Below, in pieces: positions 22,604 through 34,654 of a stretch of 64,000 nt of DNA. The DNA lies in NCBI GenBank assembly GCA_965112735.1, contig OZ218953.1:5456001-5520000 (forward strand). The letters run 5' to 3'. The notes below the pieces were generated by a model that searched no databases, was not told the origin of the DNA, and was given only the letters and a program-made list of their open reading frames with translations. Each line of letters begins with the position of its first letter. Position 1 is the stretch's first letter. Position numbers and translations under genes: made by a program. The DNA comes from Phaeosaccion multiseriatum (lineage: Eukaryota; Protista; Ochrophyta, other classes).

Positions 22604-25600
22604 TCATGTTATCTGCCCCAGGCTCTCTACATACACCCCCGTGGCCGCATTGTCGGTAAAGGTGAGGACCTTGAAGTCGGGATTGACCTCCTCGATCTTC
22701 TTCAACCACTCCATGCACGCGCCGCACGGCTTCAGCGGGTTCAGCCCCACTGGCTCCACGCGCTGCACGCGGTGGTCTTTGTTCTTCTCAAAGTTCAGGC
22801 TGCGAACGATCTTCTTGCGGCGGCCCTTGCTGCTGCTGCTGGCGGCGCTGGCGGCTCCTCCCCTGCTGCCTCCGTGCGCTTCACACGTGTGGGCAGTGCT
22901 CAGCGGTGCCCCCAAGGCCTGTCCAAGGGAAGAAGGAGGGAGAGTGTGCGAGGGAGGGACGGATAGGCGGTCTGTTAGCTTAGGCAAGCTTGACTCACTC
23001 ACTCGGCCCTGTCCGGCCTTGTCAGGTCGGGACCTTGTCAGAAGACCAGGCCGGCCGAAGGAGCCACCCCTTACCGTCTTGAGCAAGCCCGTACTGTGCG
23101 CTCTGGTCAGGCCATTCCGGCCACCATTGCTGCTGCTGCCCTGCTGCTGCAGAGACGGGGGCACCTCCCCGGCCGTGCCGCCCCCGCAGGTGTCGAGGTT
23201 GGACTCCGCCCTCCTCCGCTTGACCTTGAGCGTCAGGGAGCCGTTGAGTCGAGGTGGCGGGAAGACCCTCTCTTCTGTTTTCCTCACTGGCCGAGGTGGG
23301 GTGCAGTCTCCCGCGTCCCCTCCTCCCCCCCCTCCCCCCTCTCCCTCCTCTGCTGCTGCGAGGGGCCACATCTCGGACGTTCCTTCCGCCCATAACGCGG
23401 GACTCTGCTGTTGTAGCACCAACTGCTGCTCCTGCTGTTGCTGCTGCTGCTGCGGGTCGTAGCGCTCGTAGTCCGAGAGGGCCGGCGATGGGCACATGAG
23501 CGGAGACGCGCTCCCTCCTCCTCCCCACCCCCCTCCCCCTCCTGCCGCACTGTCTCCTTCCCCTTTGGGAGGGAGGGGCGGGAGGACCATTCCCATGACA
23601 GCCACCATCTTGAGGTCCTCCCTCCGTAACGTCAGGTCCGCAGCAAGGGCCGTGCCGATCACGTTTCGCTCGGCACAGAGGCTGCCCGTGGGCATGGACA
23701 CCTGAGCACAATGCGAGTAGAGAAGGGGGGGGGGGATGCGGACAGCGGCGCCGGCAAGAGCAGGGATCAGAGCAGAGACAAGCGGCACTGGGAGAAAGGA
23801 GGGGCTTATCCATCCCGTTTGGGGTTGAGGAGGAGGGTATGGAATTGGTCAAGCGTGAGAGAGGGTCAGTACACCCTCGCAATATATGCGTTGGCAAGAC
23901 AAATAAAGACACGCAAAGGCAACAGAAAACAAAGAGCAGGAGGAGCATTGACTGGCTCTGAGAAAGGCACGCATTGACTGGCACTGCTCCTGTGGCCTCA
24001 CGGCCTCGCGCCCTCACCTCCATGTTTGTTCCTCGGTACAGGACGGGCTTTCCCCCCTTGCGCACGAGTAGCACGGCCAGCACGGGCTTCTTGGTCTTGC
24101 GGTGCCAAAAGGAGCCAAGGTCGTTGTCCCTCTGTTGAGTACAGCGTGAAGCGTGAGGCGTGCGGTGTGGTGTCAAGGCCAAGCAGCACGAGGGTGCCGC
24201 AAGGAGAGCCCACGACGACGAGAGGCGAGAGAGAGAGGGTCAGAGGCGAGAGTGTCCGAGGGTCAGAGAGTAAGAGAGTCAGAAGGTCAGACCGTCAGAG
24301 AGTGAGAGCGCGCCCCCCCCTCCCATCCACTGCCATCCCCTGCCGTGCTCACCTTGACCATGTCAGCGAACTCCGTCTTGAGAAGGATCATCTCTCTGAC
24401 CACCATGCTCTCATCCTTGCCGAGCTCGAAGGAGGGGATGGGCGGCACCGTCTCGATGTCTTCGAATGTGTGCACCTTAGGGAAGGGTGGGCATCGGTTT
24501 GTTGCAACACTCCGCTGTTAGTTCACTGGAGGGTGTATTTCGCGTCCCGATGCCGACATTAGCAAAACAACCACAACGACAACAACAACAGAAGACGTGG
24601 TTGCACTCTGCTCGTACTTCGGGGGACAACCAAGCAAGCAAGCAAGTGAGTAAGTAACTACTACGAAGTACTTTACAGGGAAGGAGAACAGTACGAAGCT
24701 AATACTTGTTGAGCTGCCCTCACCTCCACATCGTCCTCGCATATCCGAGCCTCGTGCCAGAAGGTCTTCATCTCCCAAATGTGCATGAAAGAAGGCCTGT
24801 ACAGAGACGTTTCACATTGACATATTAGAGGAACCAACCTAAGGATTAACACAATTGTGCCTGAGGACGTGCCTGTAGAGGCGGAGGGCCGCGTTGATGC
24901 TGCTGATGCGGGCGGGGCTGCCGTCTGCGAAGGAGCACGTGATGTGGAACATGGAGCGCCACTCCTCCCCGTGAGCTCGGGCCATGGCTGAGAGGAGGGG
25001 AGAGGGGGGGAGGGTAGAGGACAGCAGATGGCAGCAGATGGGAGTGGGGGGCGGAGAGCAGTGGACGAAAGCGTCAAAGTCAAAGTTGTTGAGAGGGAGG
25101 AGGGAGGAGGGATATGCGGGCCATGATGCCGCCCAGTTACGTCTTCGGGGCACCGCACCTCCTTCTATCTGCCCACATTGTCCTTCGGGACTCCCCAGCC
25201 CTCCTTCATTCCTTGCTGTCACTCGCTGTGTGACTGACTGACTGACTGACTGACTGACTGACTAACTGACTGACTAACTGACTGACTGACTGACTGACTG
25301 ACTAACTGACTGACTGACTGACTGACTGACTGACTGACTGACTGACTGACTGACTGACTGATTGACTGACTGACTGACTGACTAACTGACTGACTCACGC
25401 ACTGACTCACCGTTCCTCTCCTCCGCGATGACGGGCATGAGCTCCTGCTGAACGAATCTGCGCAGCACGCAAGGCAAGGGGTTAGGGGGGTTAGAGGAAG
25501 GTATGACAGTTACAGTTACAGTTACAGTGGGTAGGGGGCCTCCCCTTGGATAGTGAAGGACAGACGGACAAAAGGATAGACAGACAGATAGATAGGCAGG

Positions 25601-25655
25601 CAGGCAGACAGACAAACAAATCGACAGACAGCTGATAGACAGACCGACAGACAGC

Positions 25656-25718
<63 letters not shown>

Positions 25719-28700
25719 TAGACAGATAGACAGACCTGATGTTCTCGTCGAAGCGGAAGATATTGGTGTGTGAGTGGAGAAGCATCACTCGAATGTTGGG
25801 ATAGTTCTGTGAGGGACGTCAGAGAGACGAGCATATGACAGTTCAATAACAGTTCAGGGCTTGGCTTGCAAGGGTGCGTCGAGGGACAAATGCTTTGGGC
25901 TACATACTCTGTTCTGTTCTCCGCCACCCACTGCTTTGCTCTTCTCTCTTCTCTCTTCTCTCGCCCGCCTCGCTTTCTCCAAAGTACCTGATTGATTGCG
26001 CGAATACGTGCCTATCTACCTAAAGTACCTCTCATTGCCTAAGCTGATGCCTCCCTGCCCATCCTGCTGCCTCTGCCTGGCCATCACCTTGTACACACAT
26101 ATATCACTGTCCGTGCTTGTGCGTCACTTGTGCGTCACCTCACCTGCTGGAGGAAGGCCTTCATGAGCCGTGCCGTGGTCTCAGTGGAGTTGTCCCCCTG
26201 CCTGTGCTGCGGGTTGCGAGGCTTGCCCACCCCACTCACTAGGTACACCACTTGCTCGCAGTCACTGCACGGACCACAGACAGGTTGCATACGGGCAGGC
26301 ATATGGGCAGGCATATGGGCAGGCGCATGGGCAGGCAGGCATGTGGGTAGGCAGGCAGGCATACGGGCAAGGGGGCGGCCAGGGGGGGGCGCGTGTGAGA
26401 GCGAGAGAGAGGCGAGGCCGGGCGAGGAGGACAAAGGACGGAGGAACAGGTCGGGCGAGCACTTGGAGCAAGTGTATGGCGCGAGCGTTTGGGCAAGGCA
26501 GCAGAGGCATGAAACAGGGGAACAAGGGAAGAGGTGGGAGGAGGTCAATCGGCCGCCCACACGGCCGGCCACACGAGGCTAGAGGTTGGAGGGTTGACTG
26601 TACGACACCGATCCACTTATGTGATCCAATCTAAGCGTGCACGCTTCCAGTCTACAAGCCTACAAGAAGCTTACACGCATACACTAACTCACCGGTCGCC
26701 GCTGTCCAGGAGCTGAGCCTGCCATTTGGGCATGAGCACCGCCAGCAAAGGGAAGAACACGCCCACTACAAATGCCTTGTGTGCCTGTTGCTGGCACGCC
26801 TGCTGCTGACACGCCTGCTGCTGAACACCCTCTTGCATCGAAGGCACCCTCTCCTTTCTCTGCGGCTGTAAGCACGACATGCCCTCATCGGCGGCTGCGG
26901 AACGGAAACAGGCACCAGGCGTGCAGAGCAAAGGGGCACAAGAGGTGTACAGAGCACGGGGGGGAGACACGGGAGGAAAGCGACAACAAGTCAGCAGCAA
27001 GAGTAGCAACAGCAGCAGCAGCAGCAGCAGCAGCAAGGCCACGCTCGCGTATACTCTCAGCAAGGAGCGCTGCTTCACACTCCCCCACTTGAGTGCCGTT
27101 CACTCACCTTCAACCTTCACACAGTCCTCATCCTCATCGTTGTCCTCCCCACCGCCCTCTCCCTCCTCCTCCTCGAACCCACAGTCACCCTCTTCGTCGA
27201 GAAAGACCCGCCCCTCCCCCCTCTCGCCCAAGGCGTCGCCTCGCGCTGCGGTGCTTGCTTCGCTTCCCTCCCTTCCCTGCCGGAGCCGTCCGAGGTGCTG
27301 AGAGGCCTGGAAGTCCACGTATTGCCGCACATTGCTCATGCTCGTCCTTCTGGTCGTCTCGTGGCAGAAGCAATCGGCGGGGGTGATACCGTCAGCGCCT
27401 TTGTTGAGGTGCTGCAGCCCACCATGAGGACCAAAAGAATGGGCGGGTGTTGCCGTGTGCTCCCCACCGGGCCAACTGCCGTTGAGCCCGCTGACGCCGC
27501 TGGGGCCGCTGGCATTGGTAGCAGCGGCAGAGAAGGAGCCACCACCGACTGCGGCGCCAAAGCCCGCGTTGTTGAGCTTCCACAAGTCGCTACTCCGTAT
27601 CCGGAAGTCCCTGAGATCGCCCCCCACGGCCACGGCGTCCAGCGGGTCGGACAAGTCGAAGCCCACGGGGAGGAGTCTCTGAGGATAGGGGAAGGACAAA
27701 CAGATAATAAAGGACACAGTACTGAGAGCCGGGGAGGGGCAAGCAAGGAGGGACAGGCAGCAGACAGACAGCGCACAAAGGCACGAGACCAACATGTGCC
27801 TGCCAGTGTTGGATACACAAGACTCACCTCTGGCTGGCCGTCTTTGATGCGGTAGTCCGATGCAGCCGACTCCCTCGTGTAGCAAGGAAAGTCCGCTGGA
27901 GCCGGCTGGTGCCCCTTCTCTCGCAGAGACGTTAAGCGGCGTAGAATGAGCTGACTGTGCAGACACAGACACAGACATGTCAAGGGGGCAAGAATGAGAT
28001 GACTGCGCAAGGGGGCACGGAAACGCAGAGGAGAGGCGCTCGTGTTCGTTTGTATGTATCTCTGGGAACACATCGGACGGCTTCAAAAGCGGAAGCTGTC
28101 CGCCGCTTCCCCTACCCGCGGAACGACCAAGCACCCACCCATCCACCCGCCCACCCTCCCTCTCTCACCTCGTGGGTTCGAAGCGGCTGAACTTGGGCCT
28201 GGCCAGCAGCGTCCCGTCCTCCACTGCGATGAAGCTCATTTGGCGGGGAGGGCCGGGCCCAAAGCTGTTGCTTCGTCCGAGCCCGCTGCAGATACTCCCC
28301 TTCCTCACCACCGCTCGGCGAGGACTCTCCCCCCCCTTTTTCTCTCCCACGCCTGCTTTGGTCGCAGGGCTGTCACGATACTTCAAAGGCTCCGTACTCG
28401 TACAGGTTAGTCTACTGGTCTTCTTCGTGCTCTCGTCCGTCCCGTTCCTGCACCCCGCGGCTACGGCCGAGCGCAGGACAGCGTCGGTTCTGCTGCTGTT
28501 GCCGTGGCCGCCGTTACCGTCGCTGCTGTTGCCGTTGCTGCCGTTCCCGTTGCTGCCGCTGCTGTACAGCGCTAGAGCCAGCACCATGTCTTTGTGAGAC
28601 ACATTGTGCACGAGAAGCTCTCTGCGACGACCCGCCGGTGGAACCAAACGCTCAGGCCGTGGCATGGGCAGCGCCGGTCCTTGCGAATCACTGGGCAGTG

Positions 28701-28986
28701 CTTGGCGGGGGAGGGAGAGAGGCGAGGGCGGCTGCTCAACTCCTGCTGTTGTTGTAGGCCTCCCACCTGATGCTGCTACTTTGAGCGCGGCGGCTTTGCT
28801 TTCCCTCGGTCCTGTAGCTTCCCGTACCTCCTCTGCCACCTCTACGCCTCTGCTTTCCACTGCCTGCTGCTTCGCGCCCTGCTCCAGTTCTTCCCTCTTC
28901 TTCGCTCTGCTCAACATCACAACTCCTAGGATGAGGATAGCGGTGAACATCACTCTAACTGTGGCCATGTCTTGGCTTGAAGCCAT
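22604..28986 (-). CDS. CDD/CDA-like deaminase of the LmjF36.5940 type (N-terminal TM segment, alpha/beta domain, split deaminase domain), multi-exon
   Basis: KPVLAVLLV..YRGTNMEVSMPTGSLCAERNVIG (CxE in place of HxE), then a long low-complexity insert, then LKPCGACMEWL..NPDFKVLTF. Upstream conserved blocks: VYLVSGVGKPRN, NIFRFDENI and SFADGSPARI. Confidence 0.75.
25231..25409. repeat. Intronic (TGAC)n / (GTCA)n microsatellite
   Basis: About 40 tetramer units abutting the minus-strand donor gtgagt at ~25410. Confidence 0.95.
25559..25735. repeat. Intronic (GACA)n / (GTCT)n microsatellite
   Basis: Imperfect tetramer array beginning at the minus-strand donor gtctgt at 25735. Confidence 0.9.
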
Positions 28987-29556
28987 TCTCCTTTGATTCC
29001 TCCCTTTCTGTTTTTTTTAGGGGAAGGTCTTACAGAAGGGGAAGTCCGTCTCCTGACCTCTGGACAGGCATCGCTGTACCCGAGTCTTCATCTGAGCAAG
29101 GGAAGGGCGAGATAGACAGCGTGGGACAAACGTACTTGTCAATACACCGCGATGCAGACTCACGCACGATGGACGGGGCGTTTCGTCTTCCCTTGGAAGG
29201 CCTCTTCAGCTCCCACCCGGGCCTCTCTTTCTTCCTTACACATGCACACCTCACTCACCTAGACTATGAACACTCTTCCACAGTCAAGCCCTTTAGGGGA
29301 GGCAGATTAAAAGAAGAGAAAAAGAAAAAAGAAGGGAAGGAAAGGGAGGATGCCAGCTGTGAAAGAGAACCAACAGGCTCGGTTTATTTTGAATCTCCCC
29401 TTTTCTATTTTTTTCCTTTGTCTCCCCCCTCTCTGTCTCTCATCTCTTTCCTTATTCATACTCCTCTTGCCGTCGGGGCACAAGGACCCTGCTGTCATTC
29501 GCTTCTTCTTTATATAAGACAAAACTCCCCTTCCCACCCTTCCTCCATTGAGGGAG

Positions 29557-30887
29557 ATGGAGACAAGGAGGCGAGTGCTGCTTGTACAGCAGCCTAATGG
29601 AGGGTCGTTCTCGCTGTCAGGCCTACAGGACTTTAAGCAGAAGCAACAAGGCGAAGGAGTGGTGGAGGACTTACTCAAGACGGTGACGTTGCCGCACCCT
29701 CGAACGGGCAGACCGAGTGCTTACATGACTTGCGCAGCGGGAGACAGCGTGAACAAGGGGCAGCAGCACCTGCTTGAGTTGCAGGTGGCTAGGCCGAGTG
29801 GAGCTGGAGGTGGAGCAGGAGCGGGAGGAGGCGAGCAGTTCGCCTCATTCTTCGTGGACCAGCGTGTACAAAGTGATGGCTCTGTTTTCATGGCCAGCAG
29901 GATAAACCCCACTTTTTTGCTGCTTCCCGTGTTGGCCAAGCATACAACAAGGTGCGTCGTGTATCTACCAAATCTGTCCCCTCTTTGGGCCATTCTTAAC
30001 ATCATCCTGTCCCTCCCCCCGTTCCATTCCTCCCTCCTAGATGGTCTCCTCTGGACCAGATGGTCTCCTCTGCTGCAGCAGTTCTTCTGCGATGCTCCAA
30101 TTTGCATCCAGAGGCGCTATGCGATGTCAACGATTGCATGGGAGAGGACTCTCTCCTCTACCGCTTCAGCCCGGAGAAGGCGCTGGGCTGGCTCAAGGAA
30201 CGAGTCGACAAGTGCCAGAGCCGACTCGCCGCACGGTCCGGCGAGGACCCCTCCTTAGAACTCGCGGCTCTGGGCAGCGGAGGCGGAGGTGGGGCGGGAG
30301 CGGCAGGGGGGGATGCAGCCATATCATCTGCGGTTGAAGGCTTCTCGGTGCCCACTGCCGGTGGGACAGACTTGGCTGGCGAGTCTGCTGCTGCTTCCGC
30401 TGCTCCAAGCCAAGCAGGGGATGGCAGTGGACGCTACTTGGGGCTTGCCTTGGAGCTGGTGGGGGAGTACGTATCTGAGGAGTGGAGTTCAAAACTCGCC
30501 AGTGCCTATGGTAGAGAGGGGCAGGACCTGTTCGAGACCAAGCACAAGGGAGGCGTCAAGAGGAAGGCAGCGGTGTGGGAGAGCGGGGAGGAAGAGAGGG
30601 CGGAGGACAAAATGTTGGCGCTTGCCCACGGGGTGGGGGGCGGAGTTCAGAACATGGGACGGGAGCAAGAGCAGGACAAGAAGAGGGGAAAGAAGTCGGG
30701 CGAGGCGTCGAAAGGCGGGACTGGTGGTGGCAGTGGCAGTAGTAGTAGTGGTGGGGGGGGGGTGGGGAGCAAGGCTGCCTCCGTGAAGGATTCGCGGGCG
30801 GCCAAAGTGCAGAGCACGAAGCTTGCCAAGGCCAAGGCCACCACCAAGGGCATGCGCTCCCTGTCCAGCTTCTTCGGCAAGAAGTAA
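29557..30887 (+). CDS. RNASEH2B: Ribonuclease H2 subunit B (2 exons)
   Basis: LPHPRTG, LLELQ, SFFVDQRVQSDGSVFMASRINPTFLLLPVL and YRFSPEKALGWL, plus the C-terminal PIP box KGMRSLSSFF. Confidence 0.9.
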
Positions 30888-31202
30888 CGCGCCATATGCC
30901 TTCGTGTCTCCCTCAGATAGTGAACCCAGAGACTTCACCCCCCCCCCTCCTGGCTTCCGAATCCACAGAGCTTGATGGCGACCCGCACTATATTATTTTG
31001 CCATCCAATATCCAAATCAAACTCTACTTCTTTACAAAGCCCCCGTCGCTGCTCCTGTTGCTGCTGCTGCTCCCCCCCCAAATTTCCTTCTCCCTCCCAT
31101 TGTGAAACCCCTCGCGAGAACTCTTGATACATACAAGGTCTAAGGCTCCATCCAGACAGCATTTGAAACTCACGAGACAGCGAGGCAGAGACACAGCGCC
31201 CA

Positions 31203-32393
31203 CTATCCCGACTCCACATACTTTCGTGCCTTCTCTTCTGCTAGCGCCTTTCGTTTCTTCTCTGCTGCTAGCGCCTCTTCGCTCATGTACTTTGTGAGGT
31301 CGGGCTTCTGGTTCACCAGGTTCGCTCGCATGTGCTCCGGAATGGGCACGTCCTCCATCGCCTTGCGCAGCTTCGCGGCGCCGAAGAAGTGCTTATAGTC
31401 CGAGTACTCGTAATAGAGCACACTCGCCCCCGCCGACGCGCCTGCACAGTACGTGAATATTTTACTAATCTTCTTTGCCCTCAAGGAGATGATCGTAGAA
31501 GCGAGGCACGCGCCAACCGCTTCATTCCAGTGGTCGTCTTTACCCCTGCACACGGGAGGGGAAAGGTGGAATGGGGGTGGGGTGGAAGGCGCCGATGAGG
31601 GGAGGCGAATGGGCTTTCCGGACAAAGTCACGCTGTAACGGTGCGGCATATTCCGGCGTACATGCTCTCGGCAAAAAGTGTCGGCATTTATAAGCGAAAG
31701 GAGATGGGCTCACCTCATGTCCTGTGTTGCACACCTCGCCCCCGCAAACGTAGCTCCTACTACTGCCATGGAGGCCGCAGATGCACCAATCATGCCCACA
31801 CTCGATGCCGCACTCCGCGAGGCCTGCACTGCTGCTCTGTTCTGCAGAGAGGACACCTGTGGCGGCAGTGCATCTGAAGGCTTCGCTTGCCATGCCTTCT
31901 TCACCACTCCTGCCATGGTTCCTATGAAACCAAACTGGAGCTGAACAATCACAACAAGAAGGGTTTACCACAACAGAATGGTGAGTAGAAGAGGAGGAGT
32001 TGGAGGAACATAAATATTGCCCCAAGGTCAAGCCAACAAGGAGGAGGAAAAGAACGAGCAAGAGCAAGAAGCAGGGGCAGGAAATATGCCATGACGCGTA
32101 GCAAAAAGACAGCATGGCCAAAAGGTGGAGAAGGAAGAGAGGACAAGGAAATACCGGGGAAGGACGCTTTTCCTTTCAAGTGTTTCCAGACGCCAAGTCT
32201 GACTCCATAGAGGCCGTGACAGCACCCTAGTCCACGTGCAGGGCCACTTGCGAAGCCTCGAAGCGCATAAAAGCTGCTGCCTTTCCCCTTCTTCTCTTTG
32301 TCCACCTCCTTTCCCTCCTCCCTCCCTCCTCTCCCAAAATGAACTCACCGCCTGCTCTAGGATATCATCTATACAGCTGCCATCGCCCGACAT
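31203..32393 (-). CDS. Tim17/Tim22/Tim23-family membrane protein (NDUFA11/B14.7-like), 3 exons
   Basis: MSGDGSCIDDILEQA|LQFGFIGTMAG..AVVGATFAGARCATQDMR|GKDDHWNEAVGACLA matches the PRAT-family motif (C....R.K.D.WN..G). Confidence 0.8.
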
Positions 32394-32745
32394 GGTGAGC
32401 TCCTGAACCCCACCGTAAGTACGATGGACTCTCTGATGGCTGTCTCGGTCGCTTCTCGCGATGTTGTCGCTTTTTGCTGTGTTCCCCCCTCGGGTTTTCA
32501 TATGCCTCCAACCACAGGCACATGGGCCAGCCCATATCAGCGTCATAAGTTAATAAAGCCCTGATGCACTGTCGCCCACATTCTCGATAGCGCGCTATCC
32601 GATAGCGGATAGCGGATCGGCTGGCGCCGGCGATAGCGGATAGCGGATAATGCATCAGGGGTTGCAGGTATTTTTACTACTTAGACACGGCCGATCACTA
32701 CTTGTACGGTCGCACGGCTATCTCCCTTGTGCTAACATGACAGCC

Positions 32746-34428
32746 TCAAATGGCCTCCAAAAACAAGCGTGCGGAAGGCGACAACTCGACCGACCCTACA
32801 GCACCACCACAGCTACTGCCTGGTGCTGCCGCCGCCCCCTGCTGTTTCTTCCTCCCCCCCTGCCTGCGACCCGCTCCATGAACCTTGCCCCTCTCTCTCC
32901 GGCCCTTGTGCCGGGCCGAGCTCCTTCGAGTGTCGAGCTTGCGCTCCACAGAGTCCATCCTTGCCTGCAGCCGAGTCACGGCATGCTCAAGGGCCTCTTT
33001 TTCTTGCCGCTTCTCCGCCGCCATCGGAGTTGGTGGCCTCCACCCCTTGTCTTGTTGGGCGCATACCTGCTGGTCCTCCTGAGGCTGAGATGTACATGAT
33101 GCATGACCGCCGCCTTGCTGCCCTTGCTTGGTTTTCCTCCCCGGGGCAAAGTGGAGTCCCCAGGGCGGCTTGCTGTTCTTGTGGGTGTACTTTGTTCTGA
33201 GCAGCCCTGCGTTCCTCGTCTCTGCCACTGTTCCATGCATCCTTCCGCGCCCATCCCTTTCCTGGACAGTGCGCTCGATGGGAGCGGAGCCCGGCCTCTC
33301 AGCTCGTGCCGCCCCCCTCCCTCCCGGCCGCGGCCGAGGCTGAGTCTCCCTCTCACTCCTGGAGGAAGCTGCGGTCCTCGGTCTGCTAACTGTCTTCTTC
33401 TCTCCTCCCTGGTGCTCCTGCCGCTGCTTGAGAGCGTAGTTGCGAAGGATCCAGTCCTCTGCTCGACTCGCTCTCACTGCGGCAGCCGTTGGGGCGTCGT
33501 GAACTTGCACACGAGTCAGCCCCCTACCCCTTGCCAGTTGTCGCGTCAGTGCAATTGGCTGCAAGTCGACTTGCTCTGCAACACTGCTTCCTTCCACGAG
33601 CTGCTTTCCCCTCAAACTGGAGCTGCTGTTGCTCAGATGTGCGGCTATCCCACTGTCCTTCTTTCCTAATTCAGTGCGGCTGCGTGAAGTGGGTGTTGAC
33701 GAATGCGGGGCCTGCTCCCACTCACTTCCTTCTCTTCTTGTCGACAATGCGCCCTGCGAAGAACACGGCCTAGCCCGTGGAGTGCATGACGACACACGCC
33801 CCGCCGTGCGTGCCGAACACAGAGAAGAAGACAGAGTGGAAGCTGCGTCGGCGGAGGTTCGAATCGACGAGCGAGACGACGAGGGCAAGCTTGACGAGGA
33901 ACCGCCCCCTCCTTTCTCCCACGCTTCTTTCTTCTCCTTCTCGGCCTCCCTGGCCTGCCGTCGCAGCGAAGAGGATATATTCTCCTCCAGCTCCCAAGCC
34001 TCTTGCTGCTGCCTTCTCTTTGCAGAAGATTCGGTTGCACAATGCTTTTGCTGCTCAGCAAAGCTCCGATAGTTCACATCTGCCTCCACTTTCAGTCTGC
34101 TGACGTGCTTGCCTTGATAAGGCGTGCTTGGCCGGCCAAGCCGGCTCGAGTAGTCGCCAGGCCCAGAAAGTTTCAAGAGCTCTCCCCCTTGTTGCGCAGC
34201 CAAAGCGGTGGCGGCGTCGTCGTCTCGCTCCTCTCCCTTTCGCGGCGTGGGTTCTGCTTGCAGGGCGTTACGAACCTTGAGGTGCGGTGTCTTTAGCCCC
34301 TGGCGTATTCTCCACATCAGCTTCTCGGTTTTGGTCGCGGACTCGACAAAGGCCTTCTGGCGCCTCGCAGACATGCAGACGTGGCCATCGCGATACTCTT
34401 GCTGCTGCCCGAATTGTCCTCGAAGCAT
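32746..34428 (-). CDS. Hypothetical intronless low-complexity / coiled-coil protein
   Basis: 560-aa ATG-initiated ORF lying head-to-head with the GlnRS gene. No recognisable domain. Confidence 0.6.
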   Translation of the reverse strand: MLRGQFGQQQEYRDGHVCMSARRQKAFVESATKTEKLMWRIRQGLKTPHLKVRNALQAEPTPRKGEERDDDAATALAAQQGGELLKLSGPGDYSSRLGRPSTPYQGKHVSRLKVEADVNYRSFAEQQKHCATESSAKRRQQQEAWELEENISSSLRRQAREAEKEKKEAWEKGGGGSSSSLPSSSRSSIRTSADAASTLSSSLCSARTAGRVSSCTPRARPCSSQGALSTRREGSEWEQAPHSSTPTSRSRTELGKKDSGIAAHLSNSSSSLRGKQLVEGSSVAEQVDLQPIALTRQLARGRGLTRVQVHDAPTAAAVRASRAEDWILRNYALKQRQEHQGGEKKTVSRPRTAASSRSERETQPRPRPGGRGAARAERPGSAPIERTVQERDGRGRMHGTVAETRNAGLLRTKYTHKNSKPPWGLHFAPGRKTKQGQQGGGHASCTSQPQEDQQVCAQQDKGWRPPTPMAAEKRQEKEALEHAVTRLQARMDSVERKLDTRRSSARHKGRRERGKVHGAGRRQGGRKKQQGAAAAPGSSCGGAVGSVELSPSARLFLEAI

Positions 34429-34654
34429 CTTGCCTTATTGCTACTGTTGCTACTTACAATGGCATTAGTTTCGTCATCCTTACATAGAAGAAGGGGCGTG
34501 TGGGAAGGAGGGAGAAGGGAGAATAAGAGGGAGAAAGGATTGTAACGTTCAATCGCCAACTGTGTCGTTCGTGCCTGCGGACTGGATTGCCAACAGGCCA
34601 ACCCCCCTGGATTTCCCTCCGCTTGGCCGGCCTTCTCCAATACTTTCTTCCCTT

